DNA of 21,928 nucleotides from Candidatus Methylomirabilia bacterium (GTDB lineage Bacteria > Methylomirabilota > Methylomirabilia > Rokubacteriales > CSP1-6). The DNA is taken from NCBI GenBank assembly GCA_041497895.1, contig JBGQHJ010000084.1, forward strand, positions 1 through 21,928, in the 5' to 3' direction. Made by a program: the position numbers and the translations under genes. Positions 8,520 through 15,294 of the stretch are shown here, one piece after another. The notes beneath the pieces are model-generated. The model ran no database searches, was not told the DNA's origin, and was given only the letters and a program-made list of their open reading frames with translations. Every line of letters starts with the position of its first letter. The stretch's first letter is position 1.

Positions 8520-9432
8520 AGGAGAGGTCGATCAGCAGGTTGAGGCCGACGACCATCGCCGCGATGATCAGGTTCACCGACTGCACGACCGGATAGTCGA
8601 GCCGCGTCAGCGCCTCGAAGAAGAAGAGCCCCACCCCGGGCAGGCGGAAGATCGACTCGATGATCACCGAGCCCCCGATGTAGAGCGGCACCTGCAGCCC
8701 GATCAGGCTGATCACCGGGATCATGGCGTTCTTCAGCGCGTGACGCAGGATGATCGGGCGCTCGGCGAGGCCCTTCGACCACGCGGTGCGGATGTAGTCC
8801 TGGCGCAGCACGTCGAGCAGCGCCGAGCGCATGATGCGCATGACCGGCCCGGCCCGGGTCACCCCGAAGACGAACGCGGGCACCAGCATGATCTTGAGGT
8901 TCTCGACGGGATCGACGCTGAGGGCCACGTAGGTCCAGACCGGCGTCCACTTGAAGTAGATGGACGGCAGCACCACCACGAGCACGGCGAGACCGAAGTA
9001 GGGGACGGAGAGGGCGAGGATCGCGAGCACCCGCCCCACGTAGTCCGACGCGCTGTCCTGCCGCACCGCCGAGACGATCCCCACCACGACCCCCAGCACC
9101 ACCGAGACCAGGATGGTCAGCAGGGCCAGCTCGAGGGTGACCGGGAAGCGCCGGACGAACTCGTCGAGGATCGGCTGGCGCGTCCAGTAGGATTTCCCGA
9201 AGTCGCCGCGCAGCACGATGCCGCCGATCCATTCGAGGTACTGCGCGTGGACCGGCCGGTCGAGGCCCAGATCGTGCCGGAGCGCGGCGAGGGTGGGCGC
9301 GTAGGCGTGCCCCTCGACCATGCGCGTGGCCACGTCGCCGGGCATGAAGCGCATGAGCGCGAAGACCAGCACGCTCACCAGGAAGAGGGTCGGCAGCGCG
9401 AGCAGGACGCGGCGGAGGACGTACCGCTTCAC
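8488..9432 (-). CDS. Peptide/nickel ABC transporter permease (DppB/OppB-like), 314 aa
   Basis: PGD, GLDRP, GDFGKS, QDYIRTAWSKGL, HALKNA, IESIFRLPGVG, YAFLDPRIRY. GTGA overlap with the binding-protein stop. Confidence 0.94.
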   Translation of the reverse strand: MKRYVLRRVLLALPTLFLVSVLVFALMRFMPGDVATRMVEGHAYAPTLAALRHDLGLDRPVHAQYLEWIGGIVLRGDFGKSYWTRQPILDEFVRRFPVTLELALLTILVSVVLGVVVGIVSAVRQDSASDYVGRVLAILALSVPYFGLAVLVVVLPSIYFKWTPVWTYVALSVDPVENLKIMLVPAFVFGVTRAGPVMRIMRSALLDVLRQDYIRTAWSKGLAERPIILRHALKNAMIPVISLIGLQVPLYIGGSVIIESIFRLPGVGLFFFEALTRLDYPVVQSVNLIIAAMVVGLNLLIDLSYAFLDPRIRY

Positions 9433-11042
9433 TTATCGAGCCACGTGTAGAGCAGCCGCATGCCGAGGCCGTAGCCGTCGTGGTGCCGGAACCCCTTCAC
9501 GTAGGGCGGGTGCGCCACGTACTGCGGCCACTGGGGCACGTAGATGTAGTAGGCCTTGTCCGCGAGATACCGCTGGATGTCGTCGACGATCTCCTTCCGC
9601 TTCTTGGGATCCATCTCGCGGCGCTGGGCGACCAGCATCTTGGTCAGCTCGGCGTCGGCCACGTGGCTCTGGTTGGTGGGCAGCTCGGGATAGAAGCGCC
9701 CGTAGAGGAAGTCGTCGACCTCGGTGAAGGGCGTGGACGGCCCCATCGCCGCCTTCTCGTACTTGCCTAGCGCGGTGGTGGAGATGTACTTGCCGTACTC
9801 CTCGGGCTTGAGCTCGACGGTGATGCCGATCTTGCCGAGGTCCTCGGCGGCCAGCTCGTAGTAGTTCCGCCACGGCACCACGTAGCCGGGCCAGTGGAAG
9901 AGCGGGATCGTCAGGCCCTTGGCGAGCCCGGCCTCCGCGAGGAGGCGCTTGGCCTCGACGGGGTCGTGGCCGATCAGGTACTTGGCCCGGGCCGGCTCGA
10001 TCTTCGACGCGTCGAGCTTCCAGTCCTTGAGCGCGCAGGGCACCGGCCCCGCGTCGACGCACCCCTCGCCGAACAGGAGCGCGTCGTTCCACGCCTTCCG
10101 GTCGATGGCGAGCGACGCCGCCCGGCGGACCCGCACGTCGTTGAAGGGTGGTTGGTCGGTGCGCATGTAGATGAAGCCCTGGCCGATCACCTGGTACGGG
10201 GTGATCGACATCTCGGGGCTCGTCTGCTTGAGCGAGCGCGCCTCCTCCGGGCTGATCCAGCCCCAGATGTGCGGCAGCTCCGCCTTGCCCGCGCGCAGCA
10301 CGGCCAGGCGCGCCGCCGCGTCGGGCGTGATGTCGATCGTCACCCCGTCGAGGTAGGGGAACCCCTTCATGAAATAGGTCGGGTTCCGCTCGAAGACGAC
10401 CCGGACGCCCTTCTCGTAGGATTTGAGCACGAAGGGGCCGGTGCCGATGACCGCGTCGGGATGGTTGAAGTCCTTGAACTTGTCCTCGGCCTCGCGCGGC
10501 AGGATGGCGCAGAAGCTCGGATTGGCCAGATGGTTCAGGAACGGCGCGTAGGGCTCCTTCAAGGTGATTCGCACCGTATGGCGGTCGACCGCGTCGATCG
10601 CCTGCACGGGCTCGAAGCGGTCGCGGAAGCCGGATTTGGCCATGAACCGCTCGAGCGAGTACTTGACGTCCTCCGCGGTGACCTCCCGCCCGTTGACGGG
10701 CGGCTTGTTGTGGAAGCGCACGCCCTTCCGGAGGCTGAACGTGTAGATCTTGCCGTCCTTCGAGACCGTCCACTTCTCGGCCAGGTCGGGCAGGATCGAG
10801 AAGTCGGTGGGAGACTTCTGCTCGGGGCCGTTCGGGAAGCGCACGAGCTGGCTGTAGGTCAGGCTCACGTAGGAGTGGGTGAGGAAGCTGATCGAGAGGT
10901 GCGGGTCGAGCCCGGGCGCCTCCCGCTCGGCCACGCGGAGGACGCCGCCCCGCTTGGGCTGCGGCTGACCGAGCCCCGGCCCCGCCGCGACGAGGGCGCC
11001 GAGGAGGAGCAGGAGCGTCAGGAAGACGGCGCGTCGCGCCAT
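9429..11042 (-). CDS. ABC transporter substrate-binding protein, family 5 (peptide/nickel), 537 aa
   Basis: Signal peptide; PKRGGVL, PDLAEKW, YTFSLRKGVRFH, TAEDVKYS, IGTGPF, PFNDVRVRRA; SD GAGGAG. Confidence 0.94.
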   Translation of the reverse strand: MARRAVFLTLLLLLGALVAAGPGLGQPQPKRGGVLRVAEREAPGLDPHLSISFLTHSYVSLTYSQLVRFPNGPEQKSPTDFSILPDLAEKWTVSKDGKIYTFSLRKGVRFHNKPPVNGREVTAEDVKYSLERFMAKSGFRDRFEPVQAIDAVDRHTVRITLKEPYAPFLNHLANPSFCAILPREAEDKFKDFNHPDAVIGTGPFVLKSYEKGVRVVFERNPTYFMKGFPYLDGVTIDITPDAAARLAVLRAGKAELPHIWGWISPEEARSLKQTSPEMSITPYQVIGQGFIYMRTDQPPFNDVRVRRAASLAIDRKAWNDALLFGEGCVDAGPVPCALKDWKLDASKIEPARAKYLIGHDPVEAKRLLAEAGLAKGLTIPLFHWPGYVVPWRNYYELAAEDLGKIGITVELKPEEYGKYISTTALGKYEKAAMGPSTPFTEVDDFLYGRFYPELPTNQSHVADAELTKMLVAQRREMDPKKRKEIVDDIQRYLADKAYYIYVPQWPQYVAHPPYVKGFRHHDGYGLGMRLLYTWLDK

Positions 11043-11117
11043 GGCCAGGTCTCCTCTTCTCGCAATGGGTGTCGTCAGTGACCGGAGAAGTAGCGAAGCG
11101 GGCCGAAAAGCTGGCCT

Positions 11118-11145
11118 ATTATCCTCGGGGCGCGGAACTTGTCAA
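11118..11145 (-). promoter_or_regulatory. Sigma70-type promoter for the peptide ABC operon
   Basis: Minus strand TTGACA (11145-11140), 16 nt, GATAAT (11123-11118), within an AT-richer patch. Confidence 0.55.
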
Positions 11146-11154
11146 TTTCTAGGT

Positions 11155-11204
11155 TCGACGAGGGGAGATGCGCATGATCCGCCCCCATCTCCCCTGCTCG
11201 TCGA
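11155..11204. repeat. Intergenic inverted repeat (16-bp stem, 3-nt bulge, 15-nt loop)
   Basis: TCGACG-AGGGGAGATG (11155-11170) pairs with CATCTCCCCT-gct-CGTCGA (11186-11204). Confidence 0.7.
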
Positions 11205-11297
11205 CTGGCCTGGCCCGGCCGGGAGTACCCTACCGCGAGGGAGGCGCCGGGGTCGGGGCTGAGCGGAACCGGACGGCAAGACTACAGGAGGAAGTCG

Positions 11298-12764
11298 ATG
11301 AAGAGACGGGCAGGGGCGACGCTGGCGTGCATGGTCCTGATCGGGGTGGGCGTGGCCTTCGCGCACCACTGGGCGGCGCCGGATGCGCGGGCCGCGGGGG
11401 CGAAGCGGCCCAACATCGTCTTCGTCCTCACCGACGATCTGAGCTGGAATCTCGTGCCGTACATGCCGAACGTGCTGGCGATGCAGCAGGACGGCACGAC
11501 CTTCTCGAGCTACTTCGTCACCGACTCGCTCTGCTGCCCGTCGCGCTCGTCGATCTTCACCGGCAAGTTCCCGCACACCACCGGTGTCTACACCAACAAC
11601 CAGCGCGACGGGGGCTACGCCGCGTTCCTCGCGCACGGCAACGAGCCGCTCACCTTCGCGGTGGCGCTGCAGCGCGGCGGCTACCGGACCGCCATGCTCG
11701 GCAAGTACCTGAACGGGTATCTCCCGCGAAAGCACGGCGTCCCCGCCGGGTGGACGGAGTGGGCGGTCGCCGGCCACGCCTACGCCGAGTTCAACTACGT
11801 GCTGAACCAGAACGGTCGCATCGTGCGCTACGGCGAGACGCCGCCGGACTACCTGACCGACGTGGTGGCCGGGCTGGCCGGCACCTTCGTCCGCAAGGCG
11901 GCGCGCGGGCCCTTCCTCATCGAGGTGGCGACCTTCGCGCCGCACGGCCCCTACATCCCGGCGCCGCGCGACGCCGAGAAGTTCCCCGGGCTCGCCGCGC
12001 CGCGCACCGCCGCGTTCGGCGCGCGCCCGGACGCGGACGCGCCCCGGTGGCTCCGGGAGATCCCGTCGCTGTCGCCGGTCGACGTCGCGAACATCGACAA
12101 GCATTTCCGGATGCGCGCGCAGTCCGTGCTCGCGGTGGACCGGATGATCGGCCAGCTCCGGGCCACCCTCGCCGCGCTGGGCCTGGACCGCGACACCTAC
12201 GTGGTCTTCAGCTCCGACAACGGCCTGCACATGGGGGAGTACTCGATGCGGCCGGGAAAGATGACCCCGTTCGACATCGACGTCCACGTGCCGCTCGTCA
12301 TCGTGGGCCCCGGGGTGGCGAAGGGACGGGTGGTGGACGAGATCGTCGAGAACGTGGACCTGACGCCGACCTTCACCGAGCTGGCCGGGGCGGCCGCGCC
12401 GACGTCGCCCGACGGGCGGAGCCTCGTGCCGCTGTTCCAGGGCGCGACGCCGGAGTGGCGGCGCATGGCGCTGATCGAGCACCGCCGCCCGTTCCCGGAC
12501 CCGACGGACCCGGACGCGCCGCTGCTGCACGCCGAGAACCCGAGCTCGTACGAGGCCCTGCGCACCGGGACGGCCCTGTACGTCGAGTACGAGACCGGGG
12601 AGGTCGGCTACTACGAGCTCGGCACGGATCCTGAAGAGCTCCGGAACGTGGCCTCGAAGCTCTCCCCGGCCGCGCGGCAGCGATGGCACGACGTCCTCCG
12701 CGCCAACCGCGAGTGCCGGGGCGCCGAGGCGTGCTGGAGCGCGCAGCGCCTGGCGACCGAGTGA
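11298..12764 (+). CDS. Secreted Cys-type sulfatase (N-acetylglucosamine-6-sulfatase-like), 488 aa
   Basis: Signal peptide; RPNIVFVLTDD, LCCPSRSSIFTG (CxPxR formylglycine motif), GKYLNGY, APHGP, SDNG, GKMTPF; SD AGGAGG. Confidence 0.93.
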   Translation: MKRRAGATLACMVLIGVGVAFAHHWAAPDARAAGAKRPNIVFVLTDDLSWNLVPYMPNVLAMQQDGTTFSSYFVTDSLCCPSRSSIFTGKFPHTTGVYTNNQRDGGYAAFLAHGNEPLTFAVALQRGGYRTAMLGKYLNGYLPRKHGVPAGWTEWAVAGHAYAEFNYVLNQNGRIVRYGETPPDYLTDVVAGLAGTFVRKAARGPFLIEVATFAPHGPYIPAPRDAEKFPGLAAPRTAAFGARPDADAPRWLREIPSLSPVDVANIDKHFRMRAQSVLAVDRMIGQLRATLAALGLDRDTYVVFSSDNGLHMGEYSMRPGKMTPFDIDVHVPLVIVGPGVAKGRVVDEIVENVDLTPTFTELAGAAAPTSPDGRSLVPLFQGATPEWRRMALIEHRRPFPDPTDPDAPLLHAENPSSYEALRTGTALYVEYETGEVGYYELGTDPEELRNVASKLSPAARQRWHDVLRANRECRGAEACWSAQRLATE

Positions 12765-12792
12765 TGCGGGTCCCGGGCTCCTGGTCGCGCCC

Positions 12793-12995
12793 TCACCGGA
12801 TCCCTTCCCGCCGTTCCGCCTCCTGCGTGAGGAGATTCACCGCGTACCATACCGCCACGCGCCGCAGCGTGCGGCCGTAGCCCGTGATCGTCCCGTCTGC
12901 GCCAACACGCCACACCCGCGGCTTGAAGGCGGGTGCACGCTCACGATGTAGTCACCCGGCTCCAGCTCGACCGTGATCTTCGGCTTCTCCGCCAT
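12793..12995 (-). pseudogene. Small hypothetical gene with apparent 1-nt frameshift (67 aa if restored)
   Basis: ATG 12995 reads MAEKPKITVELEPGDYIVSVH. Adding one C at 12931-12933 continues it as PAFKPRVWRVGADGTITGYGRTLRRVAVWYAVNLLTQEAERREGIR to TGA 12793. Codons mostly end in G/C in both halves. Confidence 0.45.
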
Positions 12996-13001
12996 GACCG
13001 G

Positions 13002-13118
13002 GAGCGCTGGACGAAGGTGAAGGGCTCCGAGCTCGACCTGTACTACGTGCTCTCGACCTGGAACCCCTACGTCGTCGTCCTCATGAAGTCACGCCTGGAG
13101 GTGGAGTCGACCCGATAG
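13002..13118 (+). pseudogene. 3' remnant of a DUF4185-like gene (last 38 codons)
   Basis: ERWTKVKGSELDLYYVLSTWNPYVVVLMKSRLEVESTR* resembles the recalled DUF4185 C-terminal motif LYfxxSxWnPYxVxLM. Codon usage is coding-like, but there is no plausible start or SD. Confidence 0.65.
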
Positions 13119-13138
13119 GCAGCCGAGCCGCGGCGGGC

Positions 13139-14128
13139 TCAAGCAGATCTTCCCGCGAGCGCGTAGGCCTGGTCGATGAGGCGCACCGCGCGCAGGCAAT
13201 CGTGCACGCTGATCGGCGGGGGTGCGCCCCGCTTCCAGGCATCGAGCGCATCGCGCACCGCGGTGAAGTAGGGCGTCTCGATCTCGGTGCCCTTGGTGAT
13301 CTCGTCGCCTCTCGCGGTGGCGAGCTTCATGAGGCCGTCCTTCACGGTCAGGATGGCGTCGCGCCCCGCGATCTTCCACTCGCCGTCGGTGCCGACGCGC
13401 GGGAAGCCATTGCCGACCTCGATCGTCCCCAGGATGCCGCCGGCCGAGCGCAGCAGCACCGAGGCGTAGTCCTCGACGCGCTGATCGTGGGCCCGCCGGC
13501 TGAGCTGGGCCCCGGTGACGTGCGCCTCCTCGCCGGTCAGGTAGAGGAAGATGTCGAAGCCGTGCGGGCCCAGGTTCCGGAGGCAGCCGCCCCCGGCCTC
13601 GGCGGGATCGAGCATCCACGCGCAGTCCCAGCCGGGGTAGCGCGCCGGGCCGGGCCGGTTGATGCGGACATAGATGTGGGAGACCGGGCCGAAGCGCCCC
13701 TCGGCGAGGAGCTGGCGGGCGCGGATCGCGAACGGCTGGTAGCGCTGGGAGAGCGGGACGGCGGCGAATCCCTTCAGCCGGGTGGCCTTCTCCGCGATGG
13801 ACTGCACCTCGTCCGCGTTGACCCCCATGGGTTTTTCCATCAGGAACGGATAGCCCTGGTCGAGCAGGTCGTGCGCGATCCGGGCCATCTGCCGGTGTCG
13901 TCCCAGGGCCATCACGAAGTCCGGCTTCGTCTCCTTCAGCATCTGGTGGTAGTCGGTGAAGATCGGCGGATTCCCCACCTCCGCGGCCCGCTTCCTGGCG
14001 AGGCCGGCGTCCCCGTCCTGCACGCCGACCAGGGCGACGTCCGGCATCGCGACGAGATGGCGGAGATAGGCGGCGTCGTGCAGGGAGTGCCAGTGGCTGA
14101 CCTCGATGCCGGCAACGCGAATGGTCAC
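13139..14128 (-). CDS. Gfo/Idh/MocA family oxidoreductase, 329 aa
   Basis: TDYHQML, FLMEKPM, GRFG, AGGGCLRNLGPHGFD, VEDYA; GTG start with SD GAGGA. Confidence 0.9.
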   Translation of the reverse strand: MTIRVAGIEVSHWHSLHDAAYLRHLVAMPDVALVGVQDGDAGLARKRAAEVGNPPIFTDYHQMLKETKPDFVMALGRHRQMARIAHDLLDQGYPFLMEKPMGVNADEVQSIAEKATRLKGFAAVPLSQRYQPFAIRARQLLAEGRFGPVSHIYVRINRPGPARYPGWDCAWMLDPAEAGGGCLRNLGPHGFDIFLYLTGEEAHVTGAQLSRRAHDQRVEDYASVLLRSAGGILGTIEVGNGFPRVGTDGEWKIAGRDAILTVKDGLMKLATARGDEITKGTEIETPYFTAVRDALDAWKRGAPPPISVHDCLRAVRLIDQAYALAGRSA

Positions 14129-14150
14129 GGAGTCCTCGTCGGGTGAGGGG

Positions 14151-15200
14151 CTAGCGGTACGCGCCCAGGATCGCCTGCGCCATCTCGCGCGTCCTGGCGG
14201 TGCCGCCCTGATCGGGGGTGAGCACCTTGCCGTCCCGGTAGACGCGCCCCACCGCGTCCTGGAGCCGCTGGGCCTCGGCGCCGAGCCCCATGTGCTCGAG
14301 CATCAGCCCCGCCGACAGGATGGTCGCGGTGGGATTCGCGATGCCCTTGCCCGCGATGTCGGGCGCCGAGCCGTGGACCGATTCGAAGTAGGCCCAGCCG
14401 TCCCCGAAGTTGGCGGAGGGCGCCAGGCCGAGCCCGCCCGCCGTCTCCGCGCCCAGGTCGGACAGGATGTCACCGTAGAGGTTCATGCAGAGCACGATGT
14501 CCATGGACTTGGGGAAGCGCACCAGGCGCCGGGCCGCGTCGTCGACGTGGAAATGCTCGAACTGGAGCCCGGCCTCGCGCACGATGCGCTCGACGGTCTG
14601 CTGAAACAGGCCGTCGGTGCGGGGCAGCACGTTCGACTTGGTCACGCACGTCACCTTGCCGGGCTTGCCAAGGGCCCGCCGCTTGCGGGCCAGGTCGCAG
14701 GCGAAGCGGGCGATGCGCTCGGCGCCGCGAGGCGTGACCACCTTCACCGCGAAGCGCCCCTCGTTGCCGAAGTCCTTCACCTTGCGCCCCGTCTTGTCGG
14801 CCAGGTCGGGCATGACCTTGACCAGGTCGGCCAGGTTCCCCTCGCGCCCGGGGTACAGGCCCTCGCTGTTCTCGCGCAGCAGGACGTAGTCGATGCCCTC
14901 CGGATCGGCCAGCGGCGAGCGCATCCCCGGGTAGAAGCGGATCGGCCGCACTCCGGCCCATGCGCTCATCTCCCACCGGAGCCACGCCACCACCGCCGAG
15001 GTGGACGGCCCCGCCGCCCCGAAGAGCACCCCGTCGGCCTCGCGGACCGCGCGCTTGGTCTCCGCGGGCAGGGGCGAGCCCTGGGGCGGGGTCAGGATCT
15101 TGAGCGGCAGGCCCGTGGCCATCAAGAGCTCGCACGTGGCATCCACGACCTCGGGCCCGATGCCCTCACCCGGTAGCGCGACGACGGTCTTCATGGCCAT
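14151..15200 (-). CDS. Isocitrate/isopropylmalate (beta-decarboxylating) dehydrogenase family protein, 349 aa
   Basis: Start moved to ATG 15200, 8 nt after [59 protein letters not shown]. Substrate not assignable. Confidence 0.93.
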   Translation of the reverse strand: MAMKTVVALPGEGIGPEVVDATCELLMATGLPLKILTPPQGSPLPAETKRAVREADGVLFGAAGPSTSAVVAWLRWEMSAWAGVRPIRFYPGMRSPLADPEGIDYVLLRENSEGLYPGREGNLADLVKVMPDLADKTGRKVKDFGNEGRFAVKVVTPRGAERIARFACDLARKRRALGKPGKVTCVTKSNVLPRTDGLFQQTVERIVREAGLQFEHFHVDDAARRLVRFPKSMDIVLCMNLYGDILSDLGAETAGGLGLAPSANFGDGWAYFESVHGSAPDIAGKGIANPTATILSAGLMLEHMGLGAEAQRLQDAVGRVYRDGKVLTPDQGGTARTREMAQAILGAYR

Positions 15201-15230
15201 GACCTGAGCCTCCTTTGAATTGGGGGCCAT

Positions 15231-15239
15231 ACCATAACA
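15231..15239 (-). promoter_or_regulatory. Candidate extended -10 (TGtTATGGT) for the dehydrogenase pair
   Basis: TGn-TATGGT about 15 nt upstream of the SD. Confidence 0.45.
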
Positions 15240-15279
15240 TCTGCGGACGGCGCTCGCACGGCGGCCCCGCGGTATCGAG

Positions 15280-15288
15280 TGCTAGACT
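15280..15288 (+). promoter_or_regulatory. Extended -10 (TGcTAGACT) placed for a leaderless transcript
   Basis: TAGACT ends 6 nt before ATG 15295 and there is no SD. Confidence 0.55.
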
Positions 15289-15294
15289 GCGCGA

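Noticed and set aside
11079..13001. TGACCGG at 11079 and 12995 as a target-site duplication around the sulfatase segment
   Set aside because: A 7-mer match is expected by chance, and the left copy lies inside the ABC operon leader.
12933..13118. 61-aa ORF as an intact gene
   Set aside because: Its first 23 codons are the antisense of the minus-strand small ORF; only the last 38 look like real protein.
14151..15200. Calling the dehydrogenase leuB or icd
   Set aside because: Family motifs are shared by all beta-decarboxylating dehydrogenases, and neither the specificity loop nor the context supports either name.
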